This document shows, one piece after another, positions 36,221 through 49,491 of a stretch of DNA of 64,000 nt. The stretch's first letter is position 1, and each line of letters opens with the position of its first letter. The position numbers were made by a program, and so were the translations under genes. The DNA is from Eledone cirrhosa (taxonomy: Eukaryota). The stretch is taken from the NCBI GenBank assembly GCA_964016885.1, contig OZ024747.1, positions 23,994,001-24,058,000 of the forward strand. Reading direction: 5' to 3'. The notes under the pieces are model-generated. The model ran no database searches. It had not been told where the DNA came from and was given only the letters and a program-made list of their open reading frames with translations.

Positions 36221-37207
36221 TAAAAAAAAATTACATCGGAATGGTTGATGAATGACGGGTGAGAAACCAATGTCTATGAATGTCTGATGAATATCTGTTA
36301 ACAACTCAAATCCCATCGGTGTTTACTGTCTTTCATTCCCCAAGAGTTGATCAAATATATATGATTCATGCAGGTGGTGAATTGGCAGAGTCGTTAGAAC
36401 GTCGGATAGAATGCTTTGCGGTATTTGTTTCGGCTCTCTACTCTCTGAGTTCAAATCCCACCGAAGTCAACTTTCATCCATTCGAGGTCGATAAAAAAAA
36501 GTAGCAGTCTAGTACTAGAGTCTATTCTTCCTCTATATTTCTTTCTCACTGAGGCCGATTCTTCCTCTATATCTCTATCCTTATCCTTCTCTGTGAGAAA
36601 TCTGCTGTACTCAGGCATGGTGAGGAGAGGGGCTCTGTCAGTTTTAAAAATGCCCTAGAAACACCGTATGTCAATATGGCCTTTCTACGACTCCCTCAAG
36701 AGTGATGAAACTATGCATTGCATGTGGAAACTAATGAAACTTTCCTTTGGTTTTTCTATTTCCGATATTATCTTCCAGTCGCAATTCATGGCAAAAAGAT
36801 GCAGGATTTGAATTCAGAAAGTACAGATACTGAATCAGATACCGCTTAGCATTCGCTCCGACTCTTTAACAAATCTTTCATACAAAGAGCCAGGACGGAT
36901 ACTAAAACACCGTAAGGCCTCATCTCCGACTCTTTACCAATTCTGCCAATCCATCTTCCCTGGACTAGTTCTTTATTTAATCACTCCGACCGGGTGAAAG
37001 GAAGAGTTGACCTCGGTGGGATTTGAACTCAGGGTGCAGTCAGCTGTAATCAATACTGAGGCATTTAATCCGACGGCCTAACAACTCTGCCAATTCTCCA
37101 CCAGTTAAAAAAAACAAAAACACACATACTCCCATTGATGAACACCAAGTGAACAATAAACAATTAAATAAATAAACAAACGAGATAATTCTCATGGGGA
37201 ATGTTAA

Positions 37208-37483
37208 TTAATCAGCTTCCTCTTGCATGTCATGAACCACAGCTACTGTTTCGTATGTATTATACATATCCATTGAGACAAATGAATGATTTAATTGTGT
37301 TGAGTCTTCCACAAAACTCGACGATCTTCGAGTGACCGCCCAATGTCCTTCACCGCCTTCAGCGCCTTCCCCGTCTTCACGGTCCGGAGTTATGTTAATG
37401 TTTTCAACGAAGGTCGCTCGACGTTTGGATGAATTTTGTCGTACTTTTGTCACCATATCATTGAAAATCTTTCTGGATTGTTC
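37208..37483 (-). CDS. Probable terminal coding exon of an unidentified gene
   Basis: Strong acceptor tctttagtttcag|GAA, then 92 codons EQSRKIFNDMVTKVRQNSSKRRATF...RRSSSF...QEEAD*. Non-repetitive sequence with protein-like composition. Confidence 0.55.
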   Translation of the reverse strand, partial: EQSRKIFNDMVTKVRQNSSKRRATFVENINITPDREDGEGAEGGEGHWAVTRRSSSFVEDSTQLNHSFVSMDMYNTYETVAVVHDMQEEAD

Positions 37484-38935
37484 CTGAAACTAAAGATAAT
37501 ACATATATGTGAGGATAGATACGATTTTGTTTATGTATATCAAGAATGAATGCTCAAACAAGATTATCGGTATCCTTTGATTCGTATAACATAATTATCC
37601 AAGATGGGGAATATCGTATATTTGTCCTGAAGAGATCACCAAGAAAAAGATCTTCCTTCCTGACGAAGTCTATATTTTTCTTGGTGAAATCCTTGCTTAT
37701 ATGATAATATATATCAGCGGCGGCGGTGGAAGCATGTCTGAATTAGGTGGGAGGGGGGTGGGGGGAGAAGAAACAAATTGGGACAATTTAGTTGTAGTGA
37801 TTGGTTTAGCTCTTTGCACCCTAAAATGGTCAGAAAACTTCGATATGGGATAAACATGACATGTACATACATTGTAATGCATATCCAAATAGATGCATTT
37901 TGGTAGTTCGGGGAGAAAATATAATTATTGGAGAGGGCATACCCCAAGTTCCATCACCACTATATATATATAATTAAAAACAATTATGCTCTATGCCCTT
38001 TCCTAAGGGGTTAAGTTAATGTATCGAGCTTCTTCGCATTTGGTAAGAAACTGGTATTATACCCAATTTATTCATCTCCTCTCTCTCTATATATATATAC
38101 ATTCTTTTATTATGGCTAGTGGCGAGCTTTGTTACTCAAAAGTTTCACCTGCGCACTCAAAGGATCACCAGTCTTGTCTGGTGAGTACACAGGTAATCAC
38201 CAGAGTAACAAGGCTTAGCCATAATAAATGAATATCTAAACTCTACTTCGGTATTTTTTTTGCATTCTTACGCCCATCAATAATTCACGTACTCTCAGGT
38301 CTTGAATAATCGTCCCCACCCCCCGCATATTAATTTGTCAGATTCCCCCCCCCCCCCCCCTCCCACTCGGTTTTTATTTCACCTCTCTATATCTACTACA
38401 CGGAACTCTCTTCTAATCCTCCTCTCTATATCAATAAATACCAATTTCTCCCCCCTCTCTATATCAATTACCACCAAACTCTCCCCCTCTCTATATCTAT
38501 GTCTATCTCTTCCAACTGTCTCAACATAACATGTACATGAATTGTAGCGCATATACAAATAGATGTGTGTTTTGGTAGATTGGGGAGAAAAATATAATTA
38601 TTTGGGGTGGGCATATCGCATCAGCCTTCTCGTAGGTTAACAAGTGACGTGTTCAGGCCTTAGCTAGAGGGGCCTGTTGAGGGGCCTGTTCGAAAAATAT
38701 ATTGCAGTCTCCATTTCATGCGGCAAAAATTGGCGGTGGGCCGGTGGCATGTCCTGGGAGGCGTGGGATCGATGCACAAAGATTGAGCACCCCCCCCCCA
38801 CACACACACACCTATATATATATATATATATATATACATATATACTACTTACAGGTACACACACACATACTTCTATAGTTCCCGCTGTTATGTAAACATA
38901 TGTCATCTTACCATAGACACACACACACACACACA

Positions 38936-38970
<35 letters not shown>

Positions 38971-39373
38971 GTCAACTTACCTCTGATACACACTCACACA
39001 CATACACACACACACATCTGTCAACCTACCTCTGATACACACACATACATACATACACATACTCATACATATACATCTGTCAACTTACCTCTGATACACA
39101 CACACACACACACACACACAGACACATGTACACACACATCTGTCAACTTACCTCTGACACACACACATACTCATACACACACACACACACACACACAGGC
39201 ACATGTACACACACACCTGCCAGTTTACCTCTGATACTCCCTTCTTTATGGATTTCCATTTCGATCGTTTCTGTTTTCTTGAAGACTTCATTTCTGTTTC
39301 CTCACGTGAAATTGAATTCTGAAAAGATGCCCGTATATTTCTATATATACATATATATACACACACACCACAC

Positions 39374-39466
<93 letters not shown>

Positions 39467-39527
39467 CATATATACATACATATATATATATATATATACA
39501 TACATATATATATATATACATACATAT

Positions 39528-39558
<31 letters not shown>

Positions 39559-39721
39559 TACATACATATATACATATATACATATATATATATACATACA
39601 TATATACATATATACATATATATATATACATACATATATACATATATACATATATACATATACATATATATATATATATACTAGAATTTCTTTTCCATAC
39701 GCTGATGTGTATGTGTGTGTG

Positions 39722-39762
<41 letters not shown>

Positions 39763-39799
39763 TAACAGACTGAAGTTTAAGCAAAGAATCGCGGCTTTC

Positions 39800-40160
39800 A
39801 CCCTTAACGGGAACTTCTGAAACTAAAAAAATCAATCTGTGAAGCAATTAAATATTTTAAACTTAAGCAAAATTCTCGTTTTGGAGCGGGGTGGGGGGTA
39901 CAAATTAGATTAATTACATCAATTGCCAAGTAAAGAGTACTCAAACTATACGGCCATATAAAAAGATCAACTCGTGGTGTGAGTAGGTTATGTCTGGGAG
40001 GAAGGTTGGCTGGTAAGAGAAGCAGAGGCCGGCAGCCAAAACGATGGTTTGGCAATATCAATTCATGGACTGGACTTGATCTTGAACTCTGCTGCCGATG
40101 ATCGAACTTTGTGGAGAGAGATATCACATGTTAGTGCACAGACTGCAGCTGGCGGAGTTC
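39800..40160 (+). mobile_element. Degenerate RTE-like LINE 3' fragment
   Basis: + strand reads roughly KVLKLYGHIKRSTRGVSRLCLGGRLAGKRSRGRQPKRW. Confidence 0.55.
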
Positions 40161-41415
40161 AACGTCAATTTTTTAAAATTTTCTTTTTTAAGTTAGACAA
40201 CTAAAATAAGTCAGTTTTACTGAAATATAATCCCAAGTATAGTTTCTGGAATCAAGAAACAATATTATCTCAATAAATTAAAACAACCAATATTGGAAGA
40301 ATTTTCCGCTTTCTATGGGAAATTCATTGGAAGTAGAGAAAATATTGAATTACTAACAAATAGATCAAGTCGTTGTCGAAATTGTATGGTGTCCAATTTC
40401 TTAATGTTGATTTAGTAGTTTAATGACATAACCTGTTGGACATCATACAATTTCGACAATAACATAGCCGGTATGTTAGCTATTCAATATTTTCTTTACT
40501 TCTAAAGAATTTCCCCAGGAAGACGGAATAATTCTTCTAATATTGGCTGTTTAATTTATTGAGATGATTCACTAAAAGATTTCAATTCTTGAAGCATTAG
40601 AGTTCTTTCAGTGGTTTAAAGCCCACATCTCCTGAATGTCAATTTTAAGTTTTTACGATCTTATAATTTTTATCTTTCGTGAATGGAGAACCAAGAAAAG
40701 TCATTAAAGAAAACACAGACTTCGTCATAAAGAAGCAGAATTGACACAACTGAAGTAAGACATAAAATTATGGGTACAAAATCAACAAAGTCTGGGGTAT
40801 GAACAAATAAGTTAATGTATGTGTCTACGTGTATGTGCGTATATGTGTGTATATGTGTATGTATGTGCATATATGTGTGGAACAAAATGGAAGAAATGTG
40901 GGGGTGGGAGTCTGAATAAAGATGTTGATGTATATGTGCCTGTGTATGCGTATAGGTGTACGTATGTATATATATATGTATATATTTGTGTATGTTGATG
41001 TGTGTGTGTGTGAGGGCATATGTATATGTATGCGCATGGCTTATTGGCTGGAGTGAGCAGCTCACGATTGTAAGTTTGTGAGTTCGATTGCTGACGGAGA
41101 ATTGTTTTTTTGAACAAGACACTTTATTTCACGTTGCTAGTCGACTCAGCTGTCGAAAATGGACTGTACCTGTAATTCAAAGGATCAACCTTAGTCCACA
41201 ATGTCACGCGGAATCTCCCCGAGAACTATGTTAAGGGTGCACATGTTTTGGGAATGCTCAGTCACTTGCATGCTAATTTCACGAGCAGGCTGTTACGTTG
41301 AACGAAACAACTGAAATACTCGTCTTCAGATCCGACGAAGGTCCAAAACACGTGCGTGTAATATGTAAGCAGGTGAATGTGGAATGTGTATATGTGCATG
41401 CGTGTGTGTATATGC

Positions 41416-41472
<57 letters not shown>

Positions 41473-41474
<2 letters not shown>

Positions 41475-41600
41475 TTGTTTCCGAAGAAGATGGTCTGATC
41501 GAACCTATATATGGGGTCTGAGAGTGTACAGTTATATAACAGCCATAGATTAGACAATATGTCAATATGATCAACCCTTCGAAACGATCGTAAAACAATG
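41473..41600 (+). ncRNA. Hammerhead-like ribozyme with ~90-nt stem II domain
   Basis: CATTGTTT-CCGAAGA-...-GAAAC gatc GTA^AAACAATG: perfect 8-bp stem I, palindromic stem III ACGATCGT, U4C core variant. Confidence 0.65.
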
Positions 41601-41723
41601 ATATGAATAGGTAAAATACCTCGACTTTGTTTTTATTATTTTCATTGTTAAATTAATACCTAATATATATATATATATATATAAACTAGAATAACAAACA
41701 AAAATACTAACAACGAATCTTAC

Positions 41724-41802
41724 CTTTGTTCCATCAAACATCTCACTGTGGTAATAATCCCGTCCCACCGGAAGTTTTGGAGACCGTTTTATACAGACAG
41801 AT
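41724..41802 (-). CDS. Possible upstream exon of the 37208-37483 gene
   Basis: SVCIKRSPKLPVGRDYYHSEMFDGTK|gtaaga. The phase-0 donor is compatible with the downstream acceptor, but this exon's own acceptor is weak. Confidence 0.35.
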
Positions 41803-42441
41803 CTTAATTCTTATACATATATATATATACAGATCTTAATTTATATATGGACAGATCATCTTTTATAAACAAGTGTTTTTAGCAGCATGGTGTATAAATG
41901 TTATTGAGATACGAGTAACATAATAATGACGTCAACAGCAGAAATTAGAGATGAAATGTATGTTTATTTTTGTTGTAGCACAAATAATGTTGGTTAACTT
42001 GTATGGTTGAAGTTACACATAAAAATGAGGTTACAAAAGGGAATGTGCAATTGCGTCGGAAAGCCGGCAGGCTAAGGTGCAAAATCTCACCGTCACATGT
42101 TGTACGTGTTGCTGGTCCGAGGTTCCTGGTGCGAGAGAGAGATTCTAGATAGAGTCGACAATGGAAAGCTCATAGTTTGCTTGATCCAATCTGACATTCA
42201 GCTCCTTTCCTTCTACTTTTCACATATAGACAGTTCTTATATATTCAGGTCGTTTGATATAAGACTAGTCTTAGTCAGCTATTATCTCATGTCTTACGCA
42301 AGGCGGAACATACGAATAATGAACGGAGACGCAGTTGTTCTGCGTGTGGTTGACGTCAAAATAACGCTAACTTACTCTTACGACTTTTATAACATTACTG
42401 AATCATATCGCATCTTATATCTGCTCTCAAACTCATTTCCT

Positions 42442-45208
42442 CTACCTACCTACCTACCTACCTACCTACCTACCTACCTACCTACCTACCTACCTACCTA
42501 CCTACCTACCTACCTACCTACTTACCTACCTACCTACCTACCTACCTACCTACCTACCTACCTACCTACCTACCTACCTACCTACCTACCTACCTACCTA
42601 CCTACTTACCTACCTACCTACCTACCTACCTACTTACCTACCTACCTACCTACCTACCTACTTACCTACCTACCTACCTACCTACCTACCTACCTACCTA
42701 CCTACCTACCTACCTACCTACCTACCTACCTACCTACCTACCTACTTACCTACCTACCTACCTACCTACCTACTTACCTACCTACCTACCTACCTACCTA
42801 CCTACCTACCTACCTACCTACCTACCTACCTACCTACCTACTTACCTACCTACCTACCTACCTATCTACCTACCTACCTACCTACCTACCTACCTACCTA
42901 TCTACCTATCTACCTACCTACCTACCTACCTACCTACCTACCTACCTACCTACTTACCTACCTACCTACCTACCTACTTACCTACCTACCTACCTACCTA
43001 CCTACCTACCTATCTACCTACCTACCTATCTACCTACCTACCTACCTACCTACCTACCTACCTATCTACCTACCTACCTACCTACCTACCTACCTACCTA
43101 CCTACCGACCTACCTACCGACCTACCGACCTACCTACCTATCTATCTATCTACCTACCAAAGAGGTTGGCGCTTGTCGTGGGCCAGTTGCAAACTATCCC
43201 TGAAAGGTCGGGCGGAGGTGGCGAACACCTACATAGCGTCCGTCATCTACTACCGCCTGACCGTAGTGCCCTGCTCAAGGGAAACCCTCACCAAGATGGA
43301 GCGCGCGCTCTTCCAATTCCTTTGGAAGAGGCGGGCTCCTATGGTGAGGAGATCCATCTGCTGTCAACACCCTTCGAAAGGAGGGCTGGGGATGCCGTGG
43401 CTAATGATGCGTAAACACGCATTAAGGCTACGGCACCTCTACGTATTCCTCACCGGACAACCGGTGTGGGCCTCGTTTGTGAGACGAACCTTTCCCAGAC
43501 TCGTCTCACTCACCGAGCTGCAATCCTGGGTCAAGCAAAGACCGAGAAAACTGGGCGCCTGGCACACTGAGTGTGCCCAGGCGCTCACCGCCCTCTGGCA
43601 GGCGGATCCGGTTATCAGTGGAGACTCCACCGCAACATTCTATAGAGGGCTGGTACGCAGCAGGTGCGACGACGCCCTCGGAGAAGCCCTAGACATGGAG
43701 GAGGACGAACTGGCCAGCCTGTTCGGTAGGACATTCAGCCCGGGACCTATGGACAACTTCCAGAAGTCCCTGGCCTGGCAGTGCTACCGAGGGGCTTTAC
43801 CCGTTCGAGAAAGGCTCTACAGACACGGGCGCCCGGGTAGGGACCCCGCCAAAAAGATCTGTCCCAGATGCGTGTGCGACGAGGAAACCGTTGCACACGC
43901 ATTGGTACACTGCTCGGGCGTAGCCGATCTGTGGGGCTATGTCGAACAACTGCTGTCAAGGGTGGGACCGATCCGGTTGACCACCGAGTCTATTGTAATG
44001 ATCAAACCGCCTCCCCCCTTCAAAGATGAAGCAGAGGCGGTGTTTCTGTGCGTAATAGCCATGGCGAAAGAGGTTGTATGGTGGACGCGTCTGAAAGGAC
44101 TGAGGTCAGGCACCTTTCTCTCTGGCCAACAACTGGTCCGTTTCTTCCGATATCATTTCGGAAGAAGGATCAGGATGGAGAGAGAGGTGCTGCACCCCAG
44201 TCGTTTTTATGAAAGGTGGGTGAAAGTGGCGAGAATGGCCCGTGTGAATGGGCCTTCTCTTTACATAAGCCTGTAGGTGGAAAAGAGGAAGGAACGAGGG
44301 AGCACCCCCTCTCTGTGCTCCTGAGGAAAAGGGTTGCACACTTTTTTCGGGGGTGTGTGCGACCCCCCAAGGCGCCTCCTCTCTATTGAGGATTTTGTTA
44401 AAAATTTTATTTTTTGTTATATCTTATTTTATTTTTATATTTTGTTATTGCCTCCTCCTTATTGAGGACGCCTTTTTGTGTAAACTCCCCCCCTTTGTAC
44501 TTGTCCCACTTTTGATGCCCTAGTGGCAAATAAAAGAAACTTATCTACCTACCTACCTACCTACCTACCTACCTACCTACCTACCTACCTACCTACCTAC
44601 CTATCTACCTACCTACCTACCTACCTACCTACTTACCTACCTACCTCCCTACCTCCCTACCTACCTACTTACCTACCTACTTACCTACCTACTTACCTAC
44701 ATATCTACCTACCTACCTACCTACCTACCTACCTACCTACCTACCTACCTACCTACCTATCTACCTACCTACCTACCTACCTACCTACTTACCTACCTAC
44801 CTACCTACCTACCTATCTACCTACCTACCTACCTACCTACCTACCTACCTACCTACCTACCTATCTACCTACCTACCTACCTACCTACCTACCTACCTAC
44901 CTACCTACCTGCCTACCTACCTACCTACCTACCTACCTACCTATCTACCTACCTACCTACCTACCTACCTACCTACCTACTTACCTACCTACCTACCTAC
45001 CTACCTATCTACCTACCTACCTACCTACCTACCTACCTATCTACCTACCTACCTACCTACCTACCTACCTACCTACCTACCTACCTACCTACCTACCTAC
45101 CTACTTACCTACCTACCTACCTACCTACCTATCTACCTACCTACCTACCTACCTACCTACCTACCTACCTACCTACCTACCTACCTATCTACCTACCTAC
45201 CTACCTAC
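42442..45208. repeat. Very long (TACC)n microsatellite split by a LINE (42442-43158 and 44541-45208)
   Basis: About 700 bp of CCTA repeats on each side of the insertion. Confidence 0.95.
43159..44540 (+). mobile_element. 5'-truncated Tx1/L1-group non-LTR retrotransposon with intact ORF2 C-terminus
   Basis: ORF 43173-44276 encodes W...[12 protein letters not shown]...FLW...GGLG.P...CPRC...[11 protein letters not shown] (post-RT region plus CCHC zinc knuckle). GC/CpG-rich; the 3'UTR ends AATAAAAGAAAC. Confidence 0.9.
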
Positions 45209-45344
45209 TTCGATACATATATGCATACATACGCACATACACACATACATGTATATATACATCCATCCACAACACATACATATTTACATACATATATACA
45301 TACATACATACCGACTTGCCTATATATATTTCCCTATACACACT

Positions 45345-45392
<48 letters not shown>

Positions 45393-46184
45393 CAACATAC
45401 ATTTTTTTTTTCAAATGCTTTAGTCTTTATTGTGTTGTATCAGATGAAAGAATGATAGGCTCTATGCATTTTTATTACTTTACATACTGGTTTGGAACCC
45501 CACCCATACACCTATCTATCTATATATGTATGTATATATGTACGAACGTACGTATGTATGTATGTATGTATGTATGTATGTATGTATGTATGTATGTATG
45601 TATGTATGTATGTATGTATGTATGTATGTATGTATGCTTATATGTTCGAACGTACATATGTATGTATGTATCTATGTGTATGCATGTGTGCATGTATGTA
45701 TACATGCATGTATTTATTATATAAGTGTTCGTGTATGTATGTATGTATGTGTAGGTACGTATACATGTCTGTGCACGTATGCATGTGTGTGTGTACATAC
45801 ACATGTGTGTGTGTGCACGTATACATGTATGTGTGCACGTATACATGTGTGTGTGTACGTATACATGTGTGTGTACGTATACATGTGTGTGCATGTGTGA
45901 ATGCATGTGTGTGTGTATGTGTGTGTGTATGTATGCATGTATGTGTGTGTGTATGTATGCATGTGTGTGCGTGTGTGTGTAGGTAGTCAACCCCGTTCTC
46001 GATATAATTATTTACTCGGTTACTAAACAAATATCGAAGCGCAACAAACGCAAACACGGATGATTTAGCAATTCTGGAATATCAGTACTTATACACACAC
46101 ATATATATATATATACATATATACATACATACCATATATATATACGATATTAACAAATGAAAACTATATTTATAAAACCATATT

Positions 46185-46249
46185 TATTTCATTATACATA
46201 TTTCAAGCATACCAAGTTAAATTATGGTATGCCTTCATCAGACAAAATA
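46185..46249 (-). ncRNA. Type I hammerhead ribozyme
   Basis: TATTTTGT-CTGATGA-AGGCATACCA taatttaact TGGTATGCTT-GAAATA tg TATA^ATGAAATA: 8-bp stem I with G-U pairs and 10-bp stem II. Confidence 0.85.
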
Positions 46250-46321
46250 CAATATATACCAGTTTTATAAATAGACAAAAAATATTTACTTGTTGTATCC
46301 CAACAATTTAAATAGAACTTT

Positions 46322-46370
<49 letters not shown>

Positions 46371-46371
46371 C

Positions 46372-46444
<73 letters not shown>

Positions 46445-46497
46445 ACATATATATATATATACAACAAATGTATATATATATTTATATATATATATAT

Positions 46498-46918
46498 ATA
46501 TTGTTATACTTTGGGAGGGTCATGTTGCCAATAAGAAACACACGCACCAGTTGCTTTCACTTCAATTTATTATAATAAATTCATAAATTTAGTAATTTAT
46601 AAATTTCCGGTTGGTTGGTTCCACAACCAGATGGTTGTTTATATATTGTCAAAGTTCTTTCGTCACACATTCTGTGACCTCTTCAGTGACTGGGGATTCT
46701 TTTCTTTGTTTTTGTGCCTCTCCTTTGTTCTGTCCTACGCCATCTTGAAACAAGATGGCGTAGGACAATATATAAACAACCATCTGGTTGTGGAACCAAC
46801 CAACCAACCGGAAATTTATAAATTCCTAAATTTATGAATTTATTATAATAAATTGAAGTGAAAGCATGGTGCGTGTGTTTCTTATTGGCAACATGACCCT
46901 CCCAAAGTATAACAATAT
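46498..46918. mobile_element. Penelope-type terminal-repeat element with ~150-bp inverted arms
   Basis: Arms TTGTTATACTTTGGGAGGGTCATGTTGCCAATAAGAAACACACGCACCA... and their reverse complement. The same terminus occurs at ~33294, 34693, 51459 and 58585-58625(-). Confidence 0.8.
46648..46690 (-). ncRNA. Minimal type I hammerhead ribozyme (same family as 34809-34853)
   Basis: GTCA-CTGAAGA-G-GTCACA gaatg TGTGAC-GAAAG aa CTT^TGAC. Confidence 0.75.
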
Positions 46919-46971
46919 CGGTTTCAACACAGTTTTCGGATAAAGAATCTTGCTAAACAAATTCAGAAACG

Positions 46972-47056
<85 letters not shown>

Positions 47057-47156
47057 GAGAAGAAAGAAGAATACTGCGTGTTTGCAAATGGGTTACATAT
47101 GATAAAAATAGTCCTTCGTCAGTGATTTTCCAACCATCATTGGTATTTCATCGCAT

Positions 47157-47797
<641 letters not shown>

Positions 47798-48664
47798 AAA
47801 TATATATATATATACACACACACGCACACACACACACACACATATATATACGGGATAACAGATTATTGTTATATGCAGTCCACTTAAGTGTAGTCCAGTT
47901 ATGGTATTCCGGGTAGTGGATGATATCAACGCTTGGCTAAGTTTGACTCAACAAGGCGTTTCCATAGTGATGTTGCGAGTACGCTGTAATTCCTATGTTG
48001 TAAACACTTGGAGTAATGATAAATCAGGAAGGAAGAGTGACACGGTTTGCTATACAAAAAAGGTTTTTAATCTCATTGCTGACAATTGTTTCTCTGAACT
48101 GGTAGGTCTAGAGATCGCTACCCGCTTGTTTTCACGTTATTCGATCACCAATACCAAGTTGTAACCAGTCAATTCATCGGAGCTTGTGAGAATGAAAGGA
48201 ATATACAGGCATGGCTACTATATATATTAGTAATGGCATTCAATCAGAACAATAACAACAATACTAACAATGCTAGCAATAAATTATTTGAAATAATCAC
48301 AACATCAATCTAGGTGGGAAATATAGTATATCTACGATTTTAGCGTGTAAAACTAGCTGACATGAGGCAGATGTATAAAATTGACATGTAAAAGCTGTCA
48401 TGGGGTGTATTATATATAGTGTAAAGATAAGCCGGTGGCTTTAAACAATGTAGGTCTGGTGGCCGTAAGAATCACTTATTATCTGACAGATGAAGAATTT
48501 ATCACTGTATGAGGATAGTAATATTTGTCTGGTCTATATTAGATGAAAGGGTTGTCTAACTTTCTCATCACCAATAACATACATGTATAAGACAACATTA
48601 ACAGAGTAGCAATATAATAGGCAAGTTAATACAGAGGTTAAGGAGGCAATATATATATATATAC

Positions 48665-48725
<61 letters not shown>

Positions 48726-49099
48726 GGAAAAAATGAAACGAAATTTCATTTCTCACTCTTAGTACGGCTGTTACTTAAATATAAGTATGTATATGTACAT
48801 ACATATATGTATACAGACGTACAGTAGTATTTATATATATATACATACATGCACACATATATATATGTACGTATGGATTCACGGAACATTTATTATAATG
48901 CTCGGTGTGCTTGTAAACAAACATCCCGAATTAAGCCGTAAGAGTGAGAAATCAAATTTCGTTTCATTTTTTCCGTTTATCGTTTTCGGTACCCCGGCCG
49001 ATTAACTCACTCGATATGCAAATTAGGCTGCTCAGCCGTTAATATGCATAAGGAAAGTATATACTTTCAGACGTTCAACCATCTGGCAGGAAGGTATAG

Positions 49100-49138
49100 G
49101 TTGCTGATGATAGCTAATAAGCTTGAAACTAGTACAGC
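49100..49138 (+). ncRNA. Minimal type I hammerhead ribozyme
   Basis: GTTG-CTGATGA-t-AGCT aata AGCT-t-GAAAC ta GTA^CAGC with palindromic stem III ACTAGT. It lies between inverted arms 48781-48940 and 49189-49340. Confidence 0.75.
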
Positions 49139-49357
49139 GTTCCTTTGTTAGTGTTGAACAAATGAGCAACGATGGTTGCTAGACACTGTACGGCTTAATT
49201 CGGGATATTTGTTTACAAACACACCGAGCATTATAATAAATGTTCGGTGAATCCATACGTACATATATATATATATGTGTGCATGTATGTATATATATAT
49301 ATACGTCTATATATATATATGTACGTCTGTATACATATATGTATGTACGTATACATA

Positions 49358-49462
<105 letters not shown>

Positions 49463-49491
49463 ATATATATTTATATTTATATATATATATA

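Noticed and set aside
40267-40565. Diverged inverted repeat as another ribozyme palindrome
   Set aside because: The arms are heavily mismatched, it is not flanked by microsatellites, and I found no hammerhead core. It is more likely an old MITE.
42097-43203. 368-aa ORF fused to the Tx1 element
   Set aside because: It is mostly (TACC)n read-through, in a different frame from the Tx1 ORF, and the N-terminal part has no recognisable features.
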